Shown one piece after another: positions 26,010 to 34,069 of a DNA stretch of 64,000 nt. A program made the translations under genes and the position numbers. Origin of the DNA: Gemmatimonadota bacterium. GTDB taxonomy: Bacteria; Gemmatimonadota; Gemmatimonadetes; JACCXV01; JAHWKZ01. The notes under the pieces are model-generated. The model was not told the origin of the DNA, did not search any database, and saw nothing but the letters and a program-made list of their open reading frames with translations. The stretch's first letter is position 1. Each line of letters begins with the position of its first letter. The stretch lies in assembly GCA_035708865.1 (NCBI GenBank), contig DASTFF010000020.1, forward strand, positions 269 through 64,268, written 5' to 3'.

Positions 26010-28415
26010 CTACGCTCCGCCCGCAGCTCGCGCAGGCCCGGCGCGTCCCCGGTCGTGGGCGATCGGCTCGAGGCGGTCCGCCGGCACCCATCCCGCCGGA
26101 CCTCGCGGCGGGCGGATCCGCCAGACAGCCCCTCGGCGCTCGAGGACGTGCACGGTGGAGCCCTCCGGGAGGGACCGAATGGCGGCGCCGCCGGGCGCGG
26201 CGGCGACCTCGGCCGGACGGACGGCGACCGCGAGGTCGCGGCCCTGCCGCCAGGCGCCGAGGCCGGTGATCGTCGCGACGAGCGCGATTGCCGCGCAGAC
26301 GGGGATGGCGTACTTCCGCGCTCCCCGGCCCGCCGCGAAGACGACGAACCCGAGCGCGCTCGTCCCGAGCAGGAGCCACAAGAGCTCGTCCTGCCGGACC
26401 CGGTCGAGGATGCCTCCCCACTCCCGCTCCGCCGGCAGGCCGAGATCGGCGCGCAGGGCGCCCAGGTCGCCGCGCACGGCGCCGTCCCTGGGGGCCAGCG
26501 AGAGCGCGCGACGGTAATGGAGGACGGCCTCACCGCGCCGGCTCGCGCGCCAGAGGGCCGCCGCCAGGTCGGCCTCGAGCCGCGGATCGCGGTGCCGCGC
26601 GGCGAGCTCCCGGTAGACGCCCGCCGCCGCCTCGAATTCCCCGGCCCGGTAGGCGGCGTTGGCCCGCTCCCAGGCGGCACGGGGATCCCCCGATCCATCC
26701 TGGGCCGCGGCCGGCGCCGCGGCCACGAGGAGCGCCGCGCCCGCCACGAGCAGGAATCCCCGCGGCGCCCGGGAGCGTGGCCGGACCTCCGGGCGGAGAC
26801 GCTCCTCGACCTCCTCGAGACGCCTCAGGGCGAGCCCCGGGGCGCCCCGGCCGAACCTCGCCTCGTGCACCGCCATTCGGGCCTCCCGGGCCCGACCCTC
26901 GGCATCGGCCGGCGGCCCTTCGGGCCAGCGGGCGGCCAGCGCCTCTTCCATCGCCCGCAGGGCGGCCTCGAGGCCGCGCCCTTCGCCGGCCGCCGCCGAC
27001 CGCAGCGCCGCGAACCGCGCCAGGGCGTCCGCGGGTCCTTCCCGGGACCGCGGGCGGCGCCGCCACGAGAGGAGCACGAGCCACGCCAGCCAGGGACCGA
27101 GGAGCCCTCCCCAGTACCAGGGCTCGGGCGCGCGGCCCGCCTGGTCGACCGGGTCCCGCGCCGGCCACAGGGTCGGCCCATCCCCCGGCGCGGATCGTTC
27201 GGCGGGACCGGCGGCCAGCGGCGGCATCCCCGGACGGACGTCGATCTCGCCCAGCTCGAGCGAGTCCACCACGTAGACGGCGCGCTCCGGATCGAAATAG
27301 GCGAAGCGGGCCAGCCCGAGGTCCAGCGGCCCCGGCTGGGCCGGCGAGAGCAGGTACCGGAACGAGGACGCGCCCCGGACGATCCCGTCCTGGACGCGGG
27401 TCGTCGTCTCGGTCCCGGCCCGCGTCACCGCCACGTCCGGCCAGGCCGGGAGGTAGGGCTCGCCCACCGTGGTCGGGTTGCCCACGCCCTCGACCGCCAA
27501 CGAGAGCTCGAGCGGAACGCCGACCGTCGCCGTCCGACCGCTCACGCCGCCTTCCAGGTCGAACCGCCCGACCGCTCCGTCGTGGCTCACGGGCGCCCCC
27601 GGGGGGAGCGCCTCGGCGAAGACCCGCAGGCGATCGGTGCTGAGCGTCCGCGGCCGGCCGGGCCGCCACCACTGGACCGGGTCCGGCTCCAGGATCCGGA
27701 CCGTCGCCGGCCCGACCTCGAGCGGGCCCGACCGCAGCGGGAACAGGGCGTACCGGAAGCGCTGGACATGGAAGACCCGCGAGCCGAGGCGCTCGGTCCT
27801 GACGCTCGGCGCCGAGTCGATCTCGACCCGCCAGAAGCCGGGCGTGGCGGGGGGGTCGTAGTCCGGGCTCTCGGCGAGGGGCGCGCGGGGATCGTGGTAG
27901 AAGGCGAACGTCAGCGTGACCTGCTGGCCGACGAAGACCCGCTCCCGGTCGACGCGGGCGGTCGCGAAGTAGGCCGGCAGCCCACCCTCGACTGCGGGTC
28001 GGTCGGGGCCGGGCCCCGTCACCATCAGCTCGAGCGCGCCGGTCTCGAGGACCCGGTCTCCGACCCTGATCCGGATCGGCCCGATCCGGAGCCTGCCGGC
28101 GGCCGTCGGCCGAAGCCGGTAGCGATAGACGACCTGCCGGGTGACGTCGGTGCCCGAGAGGCTCACCCGCGACTCGCGGCTCGTGCCGACCACCTCGGCG
28201 GGGATGTCGGGAAGCTCGGGCTCCGGCACCTCGCCGCGGATCCCGGTGGGCTCGATCTCGATCACCAGGTCGGTCGTGTCACCGAGCCGGACGGTGGCCG
28301 GATCGAGGCTCGCGCTCACCTGCGCCTGCTGCCCAGGAGCGGGGGTCGCCCATCCGAGGGCGCCCAGGAGAAACGCCGCCAGCCAGGGGCGCGGGCTCGG
28401 CCGGCGGCTCACCAC
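26010..28415 (-). CDS. BatD-like oxygen-tolerance protein fused to BatE-like TPR and SH3 modules
   Basis: Signal peptide, then repeated BatD-type beta domains, then a TM segment. The C-terminal half has TPR repeats (AYRAGEFEAAAGVYRELA..., AVLHYRRALSLAPRD), TM segments, and an SH3-like end (SLPEGSTVHVLERRGAVWRIRPPRGPAGWVPADRLEPI). Confidence 0.7.
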   Translation of the reverse strand: MVSRRPSPRPWLAAFLLGALGWATPAPGQQAQVSASLDPATVRLGDTTDLVIEIEPTGIRGEVPEPELPDIPAEVVGTSRESRVSLSGTDVTRQVVYRYRLRPTAAGRLRIGPIRIRVGDRVLETGALELMVTGPGPDRPAVEGGLPAYFATARVDRERVFVGQQVTLTFAFYHDPRAPLAESPDYDPPATPGFWRVEIDSAPSVRTERLGSRVFHVQRFRYALFPLRSGPLEVGPATVRILEPDPVQWWRPGRPRTLSTDRLRVFAEALPPGAPVSHDGAVGRFDLEGGVSGRTATVGVPLELSLAVEGVGNPTTVGEPYLPAWPDVAVTRAGTETTTRVQDGIVRGASSFRYLLSPAQPGPLDLGLARFAYFDPERAVYVVDSLELGEIDVRPGMPPLAAGPAERSAPGDGPTLWPARDPVDQAGRAPEPWYWGGLLGPWLAWLVLLSWRRRPRSREGPADALARFAALRSAAAGEGRGLEAALRAMEEALAARWPEGPPADAEGRAREARMAVHEARFGRGAPGLALRRLEEVEERLRPEVRPRSRAPRGFLLVAGAALLVAAAPAAAQDGSGDPRAAWERANAAYRAGEFEAAAGVYRELAARHRDPRLEADLAAALWRASRRGEAVLHYRRALSLAPRDGAVRGDLGALRADLGLPAEREWGGILDRVRQDELLWLLLGTSALGFVVFAAGRGARKYAIPVCAAIALVATITGLGAWRQGRDLAVAVRPAEVAAAPGGAAIRSLPEGSTVHVLERRGAVWRIRPPRGPAGWVPADRLEPIAHDRGRAGPARAAGGA

Positions 28416-30073
28416 CCGGGTCGGTCGGTCGAGGCGCCGCGCCGTCCGCCGCCCCGGATCAGGGCCTCCTGCTCCTGCGCCGCCAGCGCGTCCAGCAGCC
28501 GCTCGGCCTGATCTCGAGTCAGCGAGCCGGACGCCCCGCCGGTCCCCGTCGATGGGGGCTGCATCCCCTGGCCGCCGCCTCCCGATCCGCCGCCCTCGCC
28601 CTGGCCGCCCCCCGCACCGCCACCGCCACCGCCGCCCGCCGCCTCGTCCCGGCGCCGCAACGCCAGCTCCAGGTTGTGCTTGGCGTCGCGGTCGGCGGGC
28701 TCACGCAGCAGGGCCTCGCGGTAGGCGGCCACCGCGCTGTCCCAGTAGGGCAGCGAGCGCTCGGGGCTCCCGCGCTCGACCTCCTCGGCCATCCGGAAGC
28801 GCCCGTTGCCGGCGTTGTACCAGCCGGCTTCGGCCCGCGCGCGGGTCTCCGCGGTGCGGGCGGCGACCGCATAACTGGCCGCGGCCTCCTTGTGCCGCCC
28901 CAGCCGATAGGCGGCGCTGGCCCGATTGTAGGCGTCCTTGGGCTCGGCCCCCGGCGCCCGGTCGGCCTGGCTCCAGACCCTCAGGGCGTCCTCGTAGCGG
29001 CCGTCCTCGTAGAGCTCCGCGGCGTCCTGCGCGCGGCCCATGCCGAGCAGGAGGAGCGCCGCCAGGACGGCTGCCGCCTCGGGCGCGAGCCGGCGCCCGC
29101 GGATCGCCAGCAGCGCTTCCGCAGCAAGCGCCAGAATTGCGACCGCGAGCGGCCAGCGGTAGCGATCCGCGCGGCGCTCTTCGGCCGGCCCCGCCTCGCC
29201 GCCCGTATCGAGCCGCGAGAGCCGTCCGGCGAGCTGTGCCAGCGAGGCTTCGTTGTCCGCCGTCGCGAACACGCCGCCCGTCGCCTCGACCGCCTGCTCC
29301 AGGGCCTCGGGCTCGAGCCGGGTCACCACCGGCTCGCCGCCGTCGGTCACCCACTCCCCGCCCGGCAGCGGGATCCGCGAGCCGGCCGCCGTCCCGACCC
29401 CCACCGCCTCGACCTGGATGCCCCGCTCGGCGGCCGCCTCGAGCGCCGGCTCCAGCAGCTCGCCGTGGTCCTCGCCGTCCGACAGGAGCACGATCGCCCG
29501 ACCCGGGGCGCGCTCGGGCCCGAACGCGCCTAGCGCCACCTGGATCGCGCGCCCGAGGTCGGTGCTCGGATCGCTGATCCAGTCGGGCGCCGCCGACGAC
29601 AGGTACAGCTCGACCGCGCCGGTGTCGCGGGTGAGCGGGACCGCGAGCGTTGCCTCGCCGGCGAACACCACCAGGCCGGCCTCGGCGCTCGGGAGACGGG
29701 CCAGGAGCTGGCGCACGACCAGCCGGGCGCGGGCCAGGCGGTCGGGGGCCACGTCGCGCGCCAGCATGGAGCGCGACACGTCGACCGCGAACACCACCTC
29801 CTGGCCGGCCGGAACGGCCTCGGCGGGCGCGGTCCCCCACTGTGGCCCGGCCGCTGCCAGGACGAGGCCCGCGAGGCCGGTGACCAGCAGCAGCCCGCGA
29901 ACCCAGGGCCGTCCGGGGGGGAGCTGCTGCGTCCGATGCCGGACGTCCTGCTCGGCGAACCGGTCCAACGCGCGCCGGCGCCGGCGCACGGACCACACGA
30001 CTCCCGCCAGCGCCACCGGCACCAGCGCCAAAGCCGCCAGGAACGAAGGGCGAAGCCATTCGATGCCGTTCAC
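28409..30073 (-). CDS. BatB-like VWA-domain protein fused to BatC-like TPR domain
   Basis: N-terminal TM helices, a VWA domain (VVFAVDVSRSM...LLSDGEDH), another TM helix, TPR repeats and a Gly-rich tail. The GTG start overlaps the batA stop. Confidence 0.75.
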   Translation of the reverse strand: MNGIEWLRPSFLAALALVPVALAGVVWSVRRRRRALDRFAEQDVRHRTQQLPPGRPWVRGLLLVTGLAGLVLAAAGPQWGTAPAEAVPAGQEVVFAVDVSRSMLARDVAPDRLARARLVVRQLLARLPSAEAGLVVFAGEATLAVPLTRDTGAVELYLSSAAPDWISDPSTDLGRAIQVALGAFGPERAPGRAIVLLSDGEDHGELLEPALEAAAERGIQVEAVGVGTAAGSRIPLPGGEWVTDGGEPVVTRLEPEALEQAVEATGGVFATADNEASLAQLAGRLSRLDTGGEAGPAEERRADRYRWPLAVAILALAAEALLAIRGRRLAPEAAAVLAALLLLGMGRAQDAAELYEDGRYEDALRVWSQADRAPGAEPKDAYNRASAAYRLGRHKEAAASYAVAARTAETRARAEAGWYNAGNGRFRMAEEVERGSPERSLPYWDSAVAAYREALLREPADRDAKHNLELALRRRDEAAGGGGGGGAGGGQGEGGGSGGGGQGMQPPSTGTGGASGSLTRDQAERLLDALAAQEQEALIRGGGRRGASTDRPGW

Positions 30074-31077
30074 GGAAGCCTCCGGAACACCGTTCCCCGG
30101 AGGAGCCCCTCGAGGACGATGCCGACGAGCGCGGGAAAGAGGAGCCACAGGTACCGGTCCAGCCGCACGACCGGCCGCCGGCCCGAGAGGGGGGACCGCT
30201 CGAGGCGGTCGATCTCTTCGTACACGGCGGCCAGCGCCTGCGGATCGGTGGCCCGGAAGTAGCGGCCGCCGGTCCGGCCCGAGATGTCACGCAGGACGTC
30301 CTCGTCGATGCGGACGACGACGCGGACGTACCGGCGTCCGAACCGCGGATCCTCGAGCAGGTACGGCGCCTCGCCGGTCGTCCCGACGCCGATCGTGTAG
30401 ACGCGGACCCCCAGGGCGCGCGCGGTCTCGGCGGCCGTCAGCGGGTCGATCTGGCCGGCGTTGTTGACGCCGTCGGTCAGCAGGATGACGACACGGCTCC
30501 GGGCGTCGCTCGGCCGGAGCCGGTTCACCGAGGTGGCGAGCGCGGTCCCGATCGCGGTCCCTTCGGCAAGCGAGCCGATCTGCACGCGCTCGATCGCGTT
30601 CTCGACCGCGTCGTGGTCGAGGGTGAGCGGGGCCTGGGTCACCGCCTGGCCGGCGAAGGAGACCAGACCCATCCGGTCCGATGGACGATCGGAAACGAAG
30701 TCGATCGCCGCCTGCTTGGCGACCTCGAGCCGATTCCGCGGCTGGAAGTCCTCGGCCTTCATGCTGCCCGAGGCGTCGAGCGCGAGGACGATGTCGACGC
30801 CCGACGTGGTGACCGGCCGGCCCGCCTCGAGCTGCTGCGGGCGGGCCAGCGCGACGACGGCGAGGACGAAGACCACGGCGCGCAGGATCTCCGGGGCCGC
30901 CCGCAGCCGCTCACGCCATGTCCGGGGAAGATCTCCGGCCGTCGCCAGGGCGGGCAGCACGAGCGCCCGGCGCCGGCGCCGGCGGGACCAGATCCACGCC
31001 ACCGGAAGCAGCAGCAGGAGCAGGAGCCAGGCCGGGGACGCGAGCGTCCACCCCAACTGGAGCGCCAGGTCGGTCAC
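30070..31077 (-). CDS. BatA-like VWA-domain membrane protein
   Basis: TM helices, then a VWA domain with MIDAS motif DIVLALDASGSM...LLTDGVNNAG, then a C-terminal TM helix. Confidence 0.8.
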   Translation of the reverse strand: MTDLALQLGWTLASPAWLLLLLLLPVAWIWSRRRRRRALVLPALATAGDLPRTWRERLRAAPEILRAVVFVLAVVALARPQQLEAGRPVTTSGVDIVLALDASGSMKAEDFQPRNRLEVAKQAAIDFVSDRPSDRMGLVSFAGQAVTQAPLTLDHDAVENAIERVQIGSLAEGTAIGTALATSVNRLRPSDARSRVVILLTDGVNNAGQIDPLTAAETARALGVRVYTIGVGTTGEAPYLLEDPRFGRRYVRVVVRIDEDVLRDISGRTGGRYFRATDPQALAAVYEEIDRLERSPLSGRRPVVRLDRYLWLLFPALVGIVLEGLLRGTVFRRLP

Positions 31078-32033
31078 GACGCCGCCTTCCTGTCGAGCTC
31101 CGCCTCGACCTCGTCTTCCGGGGCCGGCTCGCGCCTCAGATCCTCGAGCCGCTCCAGCGTGGCCAGGGCGCGCTCCGCCAGCCCGGGCACCTCGCCCGGA
31201 TCGGGAGCCAGCCTCGCGAACTTGGCCAGGTCGACGCCGGAGAGGACCCCCATGAGGCCGGTCCGCTCGGCCCGCAGGACCTCGGGAAGCGACGACAGGA
31301 GTTCGAGCGTCGTCCGCTCCCGGGCCGCCACGCCCCAGCCGTCGGCCAGGTAGTCGCGAAGGGCGTCGCCGATCCCGGCCGCAGCCGCCACCCGCCCGGC
31401 CGGGTTGCCCGGCTCCGCGCCGAGCGCCTCGATCCGCCGGCGAGCGTCCGTGTACGGATCCAGAACCGGCCCCGCCGCCGGGCGCTCACGGCGCCGGCGG
31501 GGACGGCGCCGCCACCACAGGATCGCCAGCACCGCCGCCAGCGCGACGGCCACGAGCCCGAGCCACCACGGCAGCCCGGGGGTGGTCCAGATCGGTTTGA
31601 TGTCGGCCAGCAGGGTGTCGCCCGGCGTCAGCACCGAGGCCACCCGGATCGTATCGGAGACGACCGGCACGGCGAGCGTGTCCCCCAGCCCGTTGGTGAC
31701 CTGCGCCTCGATCTCGGGCAGCACCAGGTCGCCGGGCCGGAACATCGCCATCTCCAGCCGCAGCTGGCCGTCCCGGCGCTCGCTGGCCAGGACCGCCACC
31801 TCGGGGCGGGCGCCGAACCCGTCCAGGATGGACTGCGGCAGGAGATAATGGCCGGCCGGCCCGCTCGTCCGGACGGTGACCCAGAACGGATCGCCGACGG
31901 TGAGCGCGGCCGAGCCCGGCGGCCTGGGATCGGCAACGACGCGGATCTCGAACGCCGAGGCCGGCGTGTCCTGGCCGCGCAGCGGAGCCGTCGCGACGAG
32001 CGCCAGCAGGGCCAGCCCGAGCGCCCGCCTCAT
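31074..32033 (-). CDS. Membrane protein: N-terminal secreted beta domain plus DUF4381-like TM/C-terminal module
   Basis: Signal peptide; about 150 aa beta-rich domain; GLPWWLGLVAVALAAVLAILWWRRRPRRRR TM segment; helical tail. Its position between DUF58 and BatA matches the usual third gene of Bat operons. Confidence 0.55.
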   Translation of the reverse strand: MRRALGLALLALVATAPLRGQDTPASAFEIRVVADPRPPGSAALTVGDPFWVTVRTSGPAGHYLLPQSILDGFGARPEVAVLASERRDGQLRLEMAMFRPGDLVLPEIEAQVTNGLGDTLAVPVVSDTIRVASVLTPGDTLLADIKPIWTTPGLPWWLGLVAVALAAVLAILWWRRRPRRRRERPAAGPVLDPYTDARRRIEALGAEPGNPAGRVAAAAGIGDALRDYLADGWGVAARERTTLELLSSLPEVLRAERTGLMGVLSGVDLAKFARLAPDPGEVPGLAERALATLERLEDLRREPAPEDEVEAELDRKAAS

Positions 32034-32926
32034 CGGACCCTCCGCCGCCTCAGCCGCCGGCGCTCGCGGCGCTCGAAGAAGCGCCTGAGCGGCTCCACGT
32101 AGTCGGCCAGCGTGTCGACGTCGACGACGTCCACGCCCGCCTTGCGGAGCAGGCGCCTCCGCTCGTCGACCACGCGCGCGGCGGACGCCGCGTAGGCCTC
32201 ACGCACCTTGCCCGAGCTCGTGTCGAGCCAGCGCCGGGCGCCCGACTCGGGCTCGACGGCCTCGATCAGGCCCACGTCGGGAAGCTCCAGGTCGCGCCGG
32301 TCCGACAGGACGAGCGCGACGACGTCGTGGCGCGCGGCCAGCGCTCCCAGATTCCGTCCGTACCCGGTGTCCAGGAAATCCGACAGCACGAAGATCACGC
32401 TGCGGCGATGGAGGACCCGCGCCAGGAACTCGATCGCGCCCGCGAGGTCGGTTCCGCGCGCCGGCGGATCGAACGTCAGGATGTCACGGACGAGCCTGAG
32501 GACGTGGGTCTTCCCCTTACGTGGGGGGACGTAGCGCTCGATCCCCTCGGCGAACAGAAGCGCGCCGGCGCGGTCGTTGTTGCGGATCGCGGCCAGCCCC
32601 AGGACGGCCGCGATCTCGGCCGCCCGTTCGCGCTTGAGCTGCCCCTGGGTCCCGAAGCGCGTCGACGCGCTGCCGTCGACGGCCATGATCACCGTCAGCT
32701 CGCGCTCCTCCACGAACTGCTTCACGTACGGGATGCCGCGCCGAGCGGTCACGTTCCAGTCGATGGCGCGGACGTCGTCTCCGGGCTGGTACTCCCGGAC
32801 GTCCGAGAACTCGATCCCGCGGCCCTTGAAGACGCTGGTGTACTCGCCGCTGAAGATGTCGGTGACCAGGTGGCGGGTCTGGATCTCCAGCAGCCGGACC
32901 TTCTGGGCCAGCTCCGGGAGGCTCAC
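32030..32926 (-). CDS. DUF58 domain protein (MoxR partner)
   Basis: GEYTSVFKGRGIEFSDVREYQPGDDVRAIDWNVTAR and a VWA-like MAVDGSAS block. The GTG start at 32926 overlaps the moxR stop. In the ORF track it is the C-terminus of the 1490-aa ORF. Confidence 0.85.
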   Translation of the reverse strand: MSLPELAQKVRLLEIQTRHLVTDIFSGEYTSVFKGRGIEFSDVREYQPGDDVRAIDWNVTARRGIPYVKQFVEERELTVIMAVDGSASTRFGTQGQLKRERAAEIAAVLGLAAIRNNDRAGALLFAEGIERYVPPRKGKTHVLRLVRDILTFDPPARGTDLAGAIEFLARVLHRRSVIFVLSDFLDTGYGRNLGALAARHDVVALVLSDRRDLELPDVGLIEAVEPESGARRWLDTSSGKVREAYAASAARVVDERRRLLRKAGVDVVDVDTLADYVEPLRRFFERRERRRLRRRRVR

Positions 32927-33972
32927 GGAACGTCGAGGCGCTCCATCAGGCGGGCGAGGACCGCGTCCGGGTCGACCTCTTCGGCCTCGGCCTCGTAAGT
33001 CAGCAGGAGCCGGTGACGCAGGACGTCGGGCGCCACCGATTTGACGTCGTCGGGGATGACGTAGGCCCGCCCCTGCAGGAACGCGCGCGCCTTGGCGGCC
33101 TTGGTGAGGAAAATGCCGGCCCGCGGCGACGCGCCGTAGGCGATCCACGGCGCCAGGTCCTCGAGCCCGTAGCGATCCGGATAGCGGGTCGCCTCGACGA
33201 GGTCGAGGATGTACTCGAGCACCTTCTCGTCCACGTAGACGCCGGTCACCACGTCGCGTGACCGCAGGATCTCCTCGCGGCCGACGACCGGCCGCACCGC
33301 CGGCGCCTCGAGGGCCGTCATGCGCCGGATGATCTCGCGCTCGTCGGCGCGCGGCGGATAGGTGACCCGCAGCTTCAGCATGAAGCGATCGACCTGCGCC
33401 TCGGGGAGCGGATACGTCCCCTCGTGCTCGATCGGGTTCTGGGTCGCCAGCACCAGGAACGGCTCCTGCAAGGGGTAGGTTCCCTCTCCCAGCGTCACCT
33501 GCTTCTCCTGCATCGCCTCCAGCAGCGCCGACTGGACCTTGGCCGGCGCGCGGTTGATCTCGTCGGCGAGCAGCAGGTTGGTGAACACCGGCCCCCGGTG
33601 GACGTCGAACTGACCGCTCTGCGGCCGATAGACGGTGGTGCCGATCAGGTCGGCGGGCAGCAGGTCGGGGGTGAACTGGATGCGCTGGAAGTCGCAGTCG
33701 ATGGCGCCGGCGAGCGTCCGGACGGCGAGCGTTTTGGCGAGTCCGGGTACACCCTCGAGCAGGACGTGACCATCCGACAGCAGGCCGATCAGGAGGCCCT
33801 CGAGGAGCTTTTCCTGTCCCACGACGACCTGGCCGATCTGGTCGAGGAGGGTCGTCGCGAAGGCGTTCTCGCGAGCGATCCTGCGATTCTCCTCGGCCAG
33901 CGAGACGGCCGTCTCGTATGCGGCGGCGTCCTCGCGCGTCGTCGCCCTCGACTCCTCCGTCATGCGCTCCAT
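32923..33972 (-). CDS. moxR: MoxR-family AAA+ ATPase
   Basis: HVLLEGVPGLAKTL (Walker A), NLLLADEINRAPAKVQSALLEAMQE (Walker B / sensor), ATQNPIEHEGTYPLPEAQVDRF. ATG at 33972 has GGAGG upstream. Confidence 0.92.
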   Translation of the reverse strand: MERMTEESRATTREDAAAYETAVSLAEENRRIARENAFATTLLDQIGQVVVGQEKLLEGLLIGLLSDGHVLLEGVPGLAKTLAVRTLAGAIDCDFQRIQFTPDLLPADLIGTTVYRPQSGQFDVHRGPVFTNLLLADEINRAPAKVQSALLEAMQEKQVTLGEGTYPLQEPFLVLATQNPIEHEGTYPLPEAQVDRFMLKLRVTYPPRADEREIIRRMTALEAPAVRPVVGREEILRSRDVVTGVYVDEKVLEYILDLVEATRYPDRYGLEDLAPWIAYGASPRAGIFLTKAAKARAFLQGRAYVIPDDVKSVAPDVLRHRLLLTYEAEAEEVDPDAVLARLMERLDVP

Positions 33973-34069
33973 GCCTCCTCTGCGATACCGGCGCGGTCCC
34001 GGCAAAGTTCCGTGCGCCGGCCACCGGGACGCGTGCAGCGTGGCGGACCTGGCTGGGCGGACGGCGGCC

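Noticed and set aside
26055-28511. Very long plus-strand ORFs antisense to the minus-strand genes. Examples: 2891..4342, 17904..19232, 23786..25522, 26055..28511, 38358..40766, 40613..42847, 43415..45406, 60401..63004.
   Set aside because: Their translations are Arg/Pro/Gly/Ala-rich low-information text with no recognisable domains. Each lies opposite a gene with clear homology-type motifs. Stop-free shadow frames like these are expected in a genome this GC-rich.
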